A stretch of 64,000 nt of DNA from a virus, in IMG/VR virus record IMGVR_UViG_3300025167_000008, positions 15,561 through 79,560 of that record. One strand, written 5' to 3'. Positions within the stretch are counted from its first letter, which is position 1. The number at the start of each line of letters is the position of its first letter. Positions 46,684 through 57,462 of the stretch are shown here, one piece after another. Both the position numbers and the translations under genes were made by a program. The notes under the pieces are model-generated. The model saw only the letters and a program-made list of their open reading frames with translations, ran no database searches and was not told where the DNA came from.

Positions 46684-46908
46684 ATGACAGAAAAACACTA
46701 CGTAGTAAAATGTATACATGACGAAGATGATAAAGAATGTCTTCATAAAGAAGTATGTGCTATCCATTGCCACAATAATAAAAAGGAAAATTGTTACAAA
46801 CACTGTAATAAAACATGGGCATGTGAGACAGAAGCTCAAGCCCAAGTATTGAAGCAAACACATATAGCAAACGAAACACTGCACAAACCATACATAAAGA
46901 AGATGTGA
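46684..46908 (+). CDS. Cys/His-rich small protein
   Basis: CIH...CLH..VCAIHCH...CYKHC...C. Confidence 0.5.
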   Translation: MTEKHYVVKCIHDEDDKECLHKEVCAIHCHNNKKENCYKHCNKTWACETEAQAQVLKQTHIANETLHKPYIKKM

Positions 46909-47372
46909 TGGAAACATTCAGTAGAGATTTAATCGGCGGAAAGGAAATAGAAAAAACAGTATTAAACATAGTTAAAAAAACATATCCAGATGCACACACG
47001 GTAGATGGTTATTGTAAAGATTGGGACATATACATTCCATCATTAAAAAAAGGAATAGAAGTAAAGTCTGATCAATATTCACAAAAAAGTGGGAATATTG
47101 TAGTTGAAGAATCATTCAATGGAAAACCAAGTGCTTTATCTACAACAAAAGCATCATTATGGGTTTTTCATACTGGCAACAAAATAATTCAAATAACTCC
47201 AGATTTATTGAGAATAATAATAGCGGAGAACAATTTAAAAACAGTTCAATTTATAGCAAAAGGGGATACACAACCAAAAAAGGCATATTTCGTAAAACAA
47301 TATCTAATAGAACCCCGTGCTTTAGCCGTGAATGACGTAAATGACCATGATATAACAATACGAATGGTTTAA
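46905..47372 (+). CDS. PD-(D/E)XK restriction-endonuclease-like protein
   Basis: GKEIE...WDIYI...GIEVKSD...SGNIVVE. Confidence 0.55.
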   Translation: MMETFSRDLIGGKEIEKTVLNIVKKTYPDAHTVDGYCKDWDIYIPSLKKGIEVKSDQYSQKSGNIVVEESFNGKPSALSTTKASLWVFHTGNKIIQITPDLLRIIIAENNLKTVQFIAKGDTQPKKAYFVKQYLIEPRALAVNDVNDHDITIRMV

Positions 47373-47400
47373 ATTACCCTGTTAATCACATAACGATAAC

Positions 47401-47574
47401 ATGGCAACAAATGGTAACAACAATACTGAACTAGCCCTAATAGGTTCAACAACCGCTTTAGGATTAGCTGGATTGGCTACAGGAGTAGTAAGCGATGCTA
47501 ATACATTGTTTGTACTCATTGGAGCACAACTAGTAGCATTTGGCTTTGTAATAGGTAAGAAACTATTCGGCTAA
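47401..47574 (+). CDS. 57-aa two-TM membrane protein (holin-like; not in ORF track)
   Basis: LALIGSTTALGLAGLATGVV...LFVLIGAQLVAFGFVIGKKLFG; TTTAAATT 33 nt upstream; T-tract after stop. Confidence 0.7.
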   Translation: MATNGNNNTELALIGSTTALGLAGLATGVVSDANTLFVLIGAQLVAFGFVIGKKLFG

Positions 47575-48071
47575 ATCTTTCTCTTTTTTTTCAAGAATCA
47601 TGCCTCAGAAAAAGCTCGATTTTTCATCCACTAGAATTTATATATTAGTTGCACTATTAGTACAACCAATCGAAATAGTTATATTACACATTATGTATAT
47701 AATATATCGATAGTGAGTAATTCCATAGACTCTTACTTCAACTATGAATCGGAGCATCGCCAAAAAGCCGAAAGAGTTGGCAAAGGATTTATCCCAATGA
47801 GAGGAATGGGTTCACTATTAGACACTTCTTTATATAATCACCAATGAAGTACAAGTCAGTTCTTTATATAATTAAAAAATATCAATACATGGTTCTTTAT
47901 ATAATGAGTCGCGAAATGTGCAAAATGGCGACTTATTAGGCATGATAGGATGCCATATGGCAAAACTATGGTATATATACTAAGTAACCATAAATGGAAA
48001 TATTATCAATTAACAAGCCTTTATATACTTGGTATCCGTAAATAGACTAAATACTCTTTAAAGTGTAACAT

Positions 48072-48230
48072 ATGATTACGAGAGTATGCCCAATTTGCGG
48101 GGGAATAGTGGAAATAACACTAGAGCAACTATACATAAGGAAGAGTTTTCAAGGTAATAAGAAGGAATTCATTGAAAGAGAACTAAGGCTATGCATAAGA
48201 TGTAAATGGTATAGATTCAGTGCTCGTTAA
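48072..48230 (+). CDS. 52-aa zinc-ribbon protein (not in ORF track)
   Basis: CPICGG...CIRCKW. Confidence 0.55.
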   Translation: MITRVCPICGGIVEITLEQLYIRKSFQGNKKEFIERELRLCIRCKWYRFSAR

Positions 48231-48272
48231 GAAGCAATAACTTTATAGGCTATAAGTTTATTGTTAATCGCA

Positions 48273-48351
48273 TTAACAGTTAATGGAGTTAACAGTTAAC
48301 AAGTGGTCAGCTTTCTTGATATTGGTCAGCTTATTCCGACCACATGTGGTC
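48273..48351. repeat. Direct repeats and 14-bp palindrome upstream of terS
   Basis: TTAACAGTTAA x2, TGGTCAGCTT x2, GACCACATGTGGTC. Confidence 0.75.
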
Positions 48352-48481
48352 ATAATTAGGCTGAGCTAATACTATACACCCTCCTATACAACTTTTGTGC
48401 CTAAAAGGTAATATATGCTTATATGGTAACTAAATCATGCAATGCAGGCACGAGAATAATGCAAAATAAAGGGGATATACA

Positions 48482-48925
48482 ATGAGCGAAATACAAGAAC
48501 CAATGGAGCTAACTACCATAGATGTAGAAAACATGACTCCTAAAGAACAGGAGATATACCATAGAAGAATGCGTGTATTTGCTAATCTATTCGTACCGCC
48601 TGCAGTTAGGCTAACCCATGAAGCACTTGCCGAAAACGAAAAGGTAGAAAGGGATACTATAACAAGGGACATAAGGTGGATAAAGATAACATATCCAGAT
48701 TTATGGTCAAATGAACAAATAAAGCATGGATTTGCCTATAGTATGCTAAAAGTATCTAATATGTATGAAGTCATGATTAGGGAATTATACGATAGTTTTC
48801 AAGCCACAACTGATATATTCGAGAGAATAGCAATAGCTAAAGCGTTGAATGATTTAATGCCAACATACACCAATTCAAAGGCACATGGAGTAATCTTGGA
48901 AAAAATCAAAGGCACGGTGAAATGA
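48482..48925 (+). CDS. terS: Putative terminase small subunit
   Basis: HTH-like LTHEALAENEKVERDTITRDIRWIK, helical C-terminus, ATGA-coupled to terL. Confidence 0.6.
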   Translation: MSEIQEPMELTTIDVENMTPKEQEIYHRRMRVFANLFVPPAVRLTHEALAENEKVERDTITRDIRWIKITYPDLWSNEQIKHGFAYSMLKVSNMYEVMIRELYDSFQATTDIFERIAIAKALNDLMPTYTNSKAHGVILEKIKGTVK

Positions 48926-50760
48926 ATAAAAAATTCATAGATGATAAGTTTTACTCTGACTTTGAAAAAATAACATCTTCGGAAGTAGATTTACCAACAT
49001 TACCAATGGATCCAATGAAGTGGATAGAAGAAGCTAGACCATTTGTTGAAGGAAGACCACGTTCATTCCTAATAGCACCATTTTGGGATGACATTTACAG
49101 GGATAACAATACACATAAGTTTATTATAGGTGGGCGACAAATATTCAAATCTACTTATACTACCGATATATTGGCACATGAAACAACAGCTTTTCCAAAG
49201 TCTCAAGTTTGTTACGTTACTTTTGATGATGTGAATAAGGCAGGATTTTCAAGGCAGAAATTACAATATGGTACATTTGAGCCAAATCCAATACTAAAAC
49301 AATTTCCAAGGCATGATTTGGGTAACGTGGGGGAAATTTCGCTAAAGAATGGTAGCACAATATACATTACTACAGATCATGGACAATACAGGCATGTAGA
49401 AGGTAAATCATTAGATCATGTTATGTTAGATGAAGCACAATATCAAGATATACAATATTTTGACAAAGTAACATTAACAATGACACAAACCATGGGTAAG
49501 ATTACAGTATTAGGAATTGGTGGAGAAAGTGGATCACCTTATGAAGAATTATGGCGTAGAACAGATCAACGAAAATGGATATATGATGATCTTAATTGGC
49601 GTGAGAAATTGCAGTTTGGACTAGTTAAGAATCACAGAGGACAAGAAAAACATGGATTAATTATAGGCGAATACTTGAAAGAAGTATTGCGTGGACATTG
49701 GGAAGTAACAAATCCACGAGCAACACATTGGCACGGATATTATTTACCACAACATATATTTCCATCTATTCCATTAACAATAGAATCAGCAATTAATGAT
49801 TATGATGTAGATCCAATTTACTCAATAGAATATAAGAGAAAACATATGAATAGAGCACTTTATACTTCTCACGTATTGGGATCATTCTACAAGGCACAAA
49901 GAAGACCAATTACAAACGAAATGATAGAAGCATGTATGAAGAATTATTATTACATGAAATTATTGACTCCAGAGCAAATAGGAGATATTAAGGATACATA
50001 TGGAGACAGAGTATTTATTTCAATGGGAGTGGACTTTGGTTCTGGCAGTCCGTCACAAACTGTTATATCAATTTTAATTACATGGAAAATAAAAGAATCC
50101 GATAAATTGCAGACAAGTACACATAGAATTCAATTAGCTCTTCTTGAGCCAAGACCACAGGAAAATCAATTAGACCAAGCCGAATATATTAATTGGATGT
50201 TTAAAACGGCAAAATGTGATATAGGAATAGGAGATCTTGGTTATGGAGCTAATCAAGTAATGATCATACAGGAAGGTGGTTATAACAGACAAACAGGAGT
50301 TAAATTCGCGGGAGTAGGTGCAAATAAATTTTATGGTTCAAGAACTATAGGAGACGAAACAAAACCACTAATGGAATTCACTGAGAAACAGGACGAACAT
50401 GGTAAACAAAATCCACACATTAAGTTAGACAAATCACAAATTATACAGGAATTCATAGACTTTATGGAAGAATACGTACCACATCCAGACAATCCATTTG
50501 TTGAGGATTATCAAAGACTAAGGTTTATGATACCAAATCATCCAGACAGCAGATCACAAATAGATTTCATATTCCATGATTGGGTGCAATTAGTTAGAGT
50601 TGACTTGCCAGAAGAATTAGAAAAAGAAGAAATTGACAAAAGAATTTTTGCTCGGAAACAATTTTCACATCCTAGCGATTCGTTAATCTCAGTTATTTAT
50701 AGTTTGCAAGGATCGAAAATTAAACAAGGGTTTCATTGGGTAACTGTCGGCAACGATTAA
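48922..50760 (+). CDS. terL: Terminase large subunit
   Basis: IIGGRQIFKST (Walker A-like), VCYV, VMLDEAQ (Walker B), MGVDFG nuclease Asp, C-terminal HPSD. Confidence 0.85.
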   Translation: MNKKFIDDKFYSDFEKITSSEVDLPTLPMDPMKWIEEARPFVEGRPRSFLIAPFWDDIYRDNNTHKFIIGGRQIFKSTYTTDILAHETTAFPKSQVCYVTFDDVNKAGFSRQKLQYGTFEPNPILKQFPRHDLGNVGEISLKNGSTIYITTDHGQYRHVEGKSLDHVMLDEAQYQDIQYFDKVTLTMTQTMGKITVLGIGGESGSPYEELWRRTDQRKWIYDDLNWREKLQFGLVKNHRGQEKHGLIIGEYLKEVLRGHWEVTNPRATHWHGYYLPQHIFPSIPLTIESAINDYDVDPIYSIEYKRKHMNRALYTSHVLGSFYKAQRRPITNEMIEACMKNYYYMKLLTPEQIGDIKDTYGDRVFISMGVDFGSGSPSQTVISILITWKIKESDKLQTSTHRIQLALLEPRPQENQLDQAEYINWMFKTAKCDIGIGDLGYGANQVMIIQEGGYNRQTGVKFAGVGANKFYGSRTIGDETKPLMEFTEKQDEHGKQNPHIKLDKSQIIQEFIDFMEEYVPHPDNPFVEDYQRLRFMIPNHPDSRSQIDFIFHDWVQLVRVDLPEELEKEEIDKRIFARKQFSHPSDSLISVIYSLQGSKIKQGFHWVTVGND

Positions 50761-50791
50761 TTTATATTACCTACATTACTACATTATATTA

Positions 50792-50873
50792 GATTCAAGC
50801 CTTTTCCAAGCCGTTAAGGTAATCTGAATCCATCATTTAATCCATGGGCGAGCACCATGTAAAAAACGCTCAC
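50792..50873 (+). ncRNA. Candidate small RNA with hairpin plus H-type pseudoknot
   Basis: TTTATATT at 50761; GATTCA/TGAATC hairpin; CATGG/CCATG stem, loop GAGC pairing with GCTC after an A6 linker. Confidence 0.45.
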
Positions 50874-50973
50874 TAATATTTTAGTATCAAATTATCACAA
50901 TAGTATATAAAGATCGGTGGTTTTATGATACTAAAGCATTAGTATATATTATCTATCCAACTCAATAAATGAA

Positions 50974-51297
50974 ATGGTAAAGAAGAAAATATCACATTCA
51001 AGAATATCAAGAAATTCATTGTTGTCTATTCCCAAAATAGGAAAAATTAAGTTAAAAAAGGGTTCAATAATATATGTTGCAACAGATCACGCAGAATATC
51101 ATAATGTACAAGGAAAATCATTAACTCAATTATGGTTGGATGAATTTAAAGATCCAATAGGTGATATGCAAAAACGTTTAAAGAGAGCAAAAAGATATGT
51201 ACATCAGGATTTATATCGATTATCTCTTTATGAGATAGAAGAAGCATTAAAATTGTTTGAAATACTTAAAGAATATTTGGGCGATAATGAAAAATGA
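50974..51297 (+). CDS. Mini-paralogue of the TerL ATPase Walker B region
   Basis: KIKLKKGSIIYVATDHAEYHNVQGKSLTQLWLDE, 19/34 identical to the TerL segment. Confidence 0.75.
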   Translation: MVKKKISHSRISRNSLLSIPKIGKIKLKKGSIIYVATDHAEYHNVQGKSLTQLWLDEFKDPIGDMQKRLKRAKRYVHQDLYRLSLYEIEEALKLFEILKEYLGDNEK

Positions 51298-52889
51298 TAG
51301 AAGTACCAATTAAGGATTATCAATTTACGGGGATAATTGCACTAATAGGAACTGTAATGTGGTTATCAGTAGTAAGTAACATAAATGCAAGTATAGGTCA
51401 TATGTTTGTTTTTGCTATAGGTGCTAGCATGAGTGCATTAGGATTATTAACAACATTGGTTTGTTTCTTCATGGGAGATAATGTGAGGTTTAAGATATGA
51501 ATAAATGTAAATTTTGTGGAAGCTATGATGGTATGAGTATGCATAACAAACCATATGAATCAAGTGAGCCAGACTTTGGTTTTATTTGTAGAACATGTGG
51601 AAGAGTTTCACTAGAGGAGCCAGAATGACCGCAGAAGAAGACGAAATCATAGTAAAAGCTAATGAGATTATAAGTAGAAGAAATAACGAAAAACGAAATA
51701 AAGAAGAACAAAACATTATAAAAACATTACAGAATAAGGTAGGCAAATATTATAGAACATATGAATTTAATGATGAGAAGAAAAACTTTTATCGAGTATT
51801 TTATGATGATTGGAGAGATTCACAGGTCAAGGTAGAAAGATGGAATTATTCTCATGATGGATATTATGGTGTTAATCTGGAAACATGGTATAATGATCGT
51901 TCAAATGATAGCGATAAAGAGATATCCGAAACTGAATTCATGCAGGCAGTAAGTTGGTGGATGAAGAAAGTAGGGGTTTATCAAATTCTTACAATGGAAA
52001 GTGATCATTAGTGAAAAAGGTTAAGATAAAAGGGCTCATTAAAATTGGCGATGAAACATTTGAATTAGGAGAAAATATCGAAGGAAAGCCAATAATGAAG
52101 GATAATAAGAAAATAGGTGAAATAACAAAAATGTATTTTGAAGGTGGAGACTTGAAATTTGAAGGAACATTAGAAACAGATAAATTGCCCGAAGTAAGCT
52201 ATTCCTATAAGAAAGAGGAGAATAAAGATGCATAAAATAGTTGAACCCGAAGAAAGATGTAAAACTTGTAATAAGGTAGACAAGTGGGCAGAAGAAGATA
52301 TATTCTGTGATACTTGTGAAATAAAGATTAGTGATAAACAAGATAATTATAGGGGATATCCATTTAGCTTCAATTCGGTGGGATGTAATAATAGCGATAG
52401 TAGGAATATGGAATTTTGTTCTACAAGATGTGGGGTTGAGTGGTTGATAACAAAAGGAGCAAAATATCTCAAAAAATACCGTGAACAGGAAGGTAGAGGA
52501 TTCTTTTCAATATATCTATTTGAAGATGACTTAAAATACTTGACAAAGGTGATAAAGAAATGAGTAAATTAACTACTAAAGAAGTGTTATTTATAACAAT
52601 TTGTTCTCAATTTCCTATTGGAATGATAATGGGAGTTTTATTATCACATACAACGACTAATATACATGAATTTACTTTTATTCTTGCAAGTGTTCTTTTT
52701 CCATTGAGTTTTCTTTTTTGTTGGTTCGCGGAACAGGTGAAAAAATAAGAAATGATTAGAACATATTGTGATAAATGTAAAAAGGAATCTGAATTAAAAG
52801 AAATAGATGTGTATGGATGTGGTCATGATTTTAGGAGTTCTAGGTCTTTTTGTGCAGTTTGTTATGAAGAAAATAAAAGTCTCATTAAG

Positions 52890-53017
52890 AAAATCATGGA
52901 GAGTAAGAAATGAAAACTCTAATCGATTTACTTATTTTTATTTCAATTCCAATAAGTTTCATTTTATTATTAAGATGGAAGATGCCACGAATTAAAATCA
53001 TGGAGAGTAAGAAATGA
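52890..53017 (+). repeat. Identical 24-nt gene-junction repeat (52890-52913, 52994-53017)
   Basis: AAAATCATGGAGAGTAAGAAATGA twice. Confidence 0.9.
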
Positions 53018-53772
53018 GTGAGAAATGCCTATGCTGTAAATCATGTACACCATTTTTTAAGAAAGGTATATGTCATAATTGCTTTGATTACATTACTAAG
53101 AAATTAGGGGGTAATGATATAGCATTAGTAATGTCATCATATCATCACAGACATCCAGAGGATAGGGAATTTGAAAAGATATTTACATATGCATACGCTG
53201 TATGGTGTGGTAGAAAATGATAGACTTTGAAGCATATGAGAAATGGTATAATGCACATATCATTTTCTGGCGAAGGGTAATAAAGAAATACTTTGAAAAA
53301 GAGTATGGGTTTATATTATGCTTTGAACCTAAAATAGAGGGAGAATAAGGAATGAAAAAAGAACAATGGGAAAAATTAGAAATGGAAATGCAACGAAGTT
53401 TAAAACTTGCAGAGAATGATAGACGGTGGATAGTCCAACATTATTTCGATAATAGGGCTAATCCAGTTGAAACGAGAATACGATTTGATAATGAAACTAG
53501 AACATCAATAATGTATCTTAAATCAGTAATAGAAACTTTAAATTTATTACGTTCAGATGTGGGGATTGATCCAATATGAATAAGGATAGAAAAGAATTAC
53601 AGGAAACATTAAACAAATTCAAAGGTAAAAAACTTACTAACATTAATGTTGATGAGTTTTGGTTAAATTTTGAGTTTGATGATAAAGAACTTTTAGGCAT
53701 AATGGATGTAAAGTCAGAAGAAAAGAAATTGGAAAAAATAAGAGCGATATTAGATGAGTTGGTGTAATTATA

Positions 53773-54111
53773 ATGATACCACGTTCAATGTGTATTACTG
53801 AAGAAGAGTTTCTGCCCGAATGGACTGCTTTCATGGAAAGATATTTAACAGAAGGAAAACGTATTGAATTACAACGTAAACATGGATTGGACATATATGA
53901 AGCAGGCAAGTGTTTAGTTGGAGAAGCACATTTTTTTGAAAAAGTATATTATAATTGTTCGTATTGTGCTGGTGTAGCATGTGGGATGATTACAATCAGT
54001 GGTTATTCATACAATGGAGCATTAAAAACACTTACAAGATTTTATCGATTTAAGGAAGGATTATATAATCATTTTATGGAATCACATAGAGAAAAGTTGA
54101 GTAGAAAATGA
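53773..54111 (+). CDS. Cys/His protein, paralogue of 58857..59219
   Basis: LDI...CLVGE...CSYC...H...HREKL. Confidence 0.6.
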   Translation: MIPRSMCITEEEFLPEWTAFMERYLTEGKRIELQRKHGLDIYEAGKCLVGEAHFFEKVYYNCSYCAGVACGMITISGYSYNGALKTLTRFYRFKEGLYNHFMESHREKLSRK

Positions 54112-54647
54112 CTGAGACATATATTTCTGTAGACATAGAAACTACTGGACTTATAGTAGGGGAAGATAACATAGCTAGTATCGGGGCATGTGTTGTAGGT
54201 AATACAAAAGACAAATTCTACATAGAACTAAAACCATTTACAGATAAGTTCAGGCAAGAATCAGTTGATGTATGTGGGTTTAGTATAGAATACCTAAAGG
54301 AAAATGGGATTGATATAATATATGGACTTGGCAAGTTTAGGGAATGGATTGAAAAACATCAAAGACCAGTATTTGTAGGATTTCCATTATGTTTTGACTT
54401 TGCTTTTGTTCATCAATACTTTTTAAAATATACTGGAAATGATCCTTTTGGAAGAACTTCTGCAGGCTTGGATATCAAAACATATGCCATGGCTCTATTA
54501 AAATGTGATCTAAGAGATACAGCAAAGAAGAAATTAAAGGAAAGGATTAAATGGGAAGGAAAACATAGTCATAATGCCTTGGATGATGCAATAGAACAAG
54601 CTAATTTAATGACCGAATTGTTTAAAATTGGTGGAATACATGACTAA
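54108..54647 (+). CDS. DEDDh 3'-5' exonuclease
   Basis: SVDIETTG, FVGF..CFDF.F, HSHNALDDA. Confidence 0.87.
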   Translation: MTETYISVDIETTGLIVGEDNIASIGACVVGNTKDKFYIELKPFTDKFRQESVDVCGFSIEYLKENGIDIIYGLGKFREWIEKHQRPVFVGFPLCFDFAFVHQYFLKYTGNDPFGRTSAGLDIKTYAMALLKCDLRDTAKKKLKERIKWEGKHSHNALDDAIEQANLMTELFKIGGIHD

Positions 54648-54909
54648 AGAACGAATAAAATTAGAAGAGGGAAAAATAGACATATTAAAAGGAATTTTAT
54701 GGAATTATGAATTACGTATATCTATAAATGGTAGTTTTAAAAAAGCAGAACAATTCAAATCTCAAATCCTACAAGACCATGAGATAGTAAACAGATTACA
54801 GTGGGAGATAGATAAAATTCAAACTGTATATGAAATTGATCATGGATTGACAGATGAACAACAGAGTTTATTGGTTTTACTTCAAAAAATCATGGAGAAT
54901 AAGAAATGA
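54628..54909 (+). CDS. QILQDHEIVNRL family protein
   Basis: Shares two near-identical DNA blocks with 60711..61046. Confidence 0.65.
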   Translation: MVEYMTKERIKLEEGKIDILKGILWNYELRISINGSFKKAEQFKSQILQDHEIVNRLQWEIDKIQTVYEIDHGLTDEQQSLLVLLQKIMENKK

Positions 54910-57462
54910 CTAAATGTAAACATAAACAATCACATATGAGAAATAAAATGTGGGCTTGTGTTGAATGTGGTCAATTTACTCACGCGAGATGTTCTGTAAA
55001 AAGCAAACAAGGAGAACAGTGTTGGCTAGTAAAGGGACATGAATATTCTAAATGTGAAATGGATAGATCACATATGGCATTAGTAATCGGTGAAATAAAT
55101 GAGTAAAACAATAATTATACTTGGTAAGGAAATAAATCCTCATTGTTCCATGGATGAATTTCAAGAAAAAGCAGAAAAATTAGGATTAGGAGATGGTGTA
55201 GCTACTAGTGGTTATTCAATGCATTCTAATTTAAGATATGGAGATTACTGGCACGAAGGAGAATATCATGTTGTAGGAGATTATCACGGGAAGAAGGTTC
55301 AAATGATTATATATAGAAAAGCACTTAAATGGGGGATGGAAAGAAAAACAGTATGGAAAAGACATTGGTGGATATCTTAAATGAAAACTAAATTTACCAA
55401 AAAAGAAAAGGCAAGAGTAAAAGAAATACAGAAAAGATATACAGAATTAGAGGAAGCAATAGAAAGACAAGAGAGATTATTAACTAGTATGAATAGAGAA
55501 AGAAACGTAATCTTTAGTGAATTTTGTAGAATAATCAATCCAGATCCATTGCCATTTGATAAGAGGCTTTTGCCATACGGGTGGTAATAATGCAAACATA
55601 TGAAGAATTCTTAGATGAACCTATACCTGTTAATGTGAGCAACCCAATGAGGCGTGAAGACTATTATAAGCATTATATGAAGGGTATAGATCCCAAAGAT
55701 TTTTATAACCAATTAGTGAAGATAGAGGAAGAGAAGAATGAAAACAAGAATAATTAATGGTAAGAAAATTGAAATTGCCGAAACATACAAGAATATGGAA
55801 GAAGCGATAAAGGCGATTATGAATGATTGAAAGAAAGTGGAAAAAACGTCATTTTGATATTGTAGATGAATCAGAAGAGATGTTTAAAACACATACAGAA
55901 GGTAAAGAGGTAGATATATAATGTGGAAATGTACAATATGCAATTACAAAAATAACAATTCAAGTCGAAAGTGTCACAAAAGGGGATGTAATGAAATTAA
56001 ACACAGTTGAATCATTATTAAAGAAATATCATGAGATGACACCAAAGGATATATGGTGGGAATTAGCAATCAATGAACCTGACTTGGAGATAATACACAA
56101 ATGGCAAACAACATTTTATCAAATGATGAATCAAATAGACCGACTAGTTAAGGAGAATAAAATAATGTTATGCAGTGATGGAACATACGTATGGATAAGT
56201 GCAGAAGGCAATAAGAAGTTGCAAAAGATGTTAGACGAGGCGGTGGAACTATGAAAGCTTGTTTTGGTTGTGACAATATAACGTGTATATGTTCTGACGA
56301 GGAAAGACAATGGGCTATAGAACATTATCCAGAAGAGTATAAAAAATATTGTGAGGATGACGAATAAATATGAAAAAGTGCAACGGTTGTAAAAAGAGAA
56401 TATTTTCATGGCAACAACAATGTAGTGCTGGATTAGGAAAAGATAAACAGATGTTTGACTATCATAAAAAGTGTTTTAAGTCATATCATTATAAAGAATG
56501 GAAGTTCTTTTTTCCAGAAAAAGTTATTCGTGTATTTAACGGGGATAAAATACCCAAAACTGGTTATTATGCAATAGTAGAACATGATAAGAAATGCGAT
56601 AAAATAATGTATACAGAGCGTCTTATATTAATGGTAAAGGGTGATGAAGCACCAAAACCAATGATATGTCAGCATGATGTACAATGGGAGTGTATGAAGG
56701 AATATGAATGATTATTACGTTGAGATGTATCATGGTGGAAAACCAAAAATTTACTTAGACAATATGTATACTTTGCCAATGTGTGAAGTATGTAAAGGTA
56801 AGGGAATATTCTATTTTACAAGGGAAGAAAGATTAGATGATTCACAAGTATGTGGACACTGTAATGGTAGAGGATGGTTATATGAATGAAGAAGGTTATT
56901 ATACACCAACAATAGATCATTCTAAGGATATAGAGATACATGAAACGCCAGATGGTACAATATTTGGGATTAAAAATATTAGGCAAGAGATAGAAGGCAA
57001 TGTAGTAACATTCAAAGCCGATATTGCGGGCGATACTTATCATGGTCAAATATATTTAAACGAATATGCCGAAAGGATTATAGGTAGGGTATTAGATAGT
57101 ATGGTGAAGTAATAATGGTTAGAGCAATGATATGTCATTATTGTGGAGTGGAATATAGTAATTGTTTTGGTAGCACGGGTAAATCACATAAGAGAGACTG
57201 CCCGATGTATGTTCATAGGTGTTAAAATGAATCGAAGACAAGGAAGAGAAAACAAAATAGTTCGGGATATCAAGCTTACTTCACATCAAATAGAACTATT
57301 CAGAAGTTATAGATACATTACTCATTGGCTAATAGATCATGCCATTCAATGTGATAATAAACAATGTATATGTAGGGCAAGCACATTTGAGGATGAATTG
57401 CCAAATTTGGAAAGAATAGATATAGAATATGCTAGAACAATCCGCGAAGTGTTGGACAAACC

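Noticed and set aside
50843-50873. preQ1-I riboswitch
   Set aside because: Topology and A-rich linker are similar, but the loop is 7 nt and lacks the conserved U at its start and the ligand-pairing C at its end
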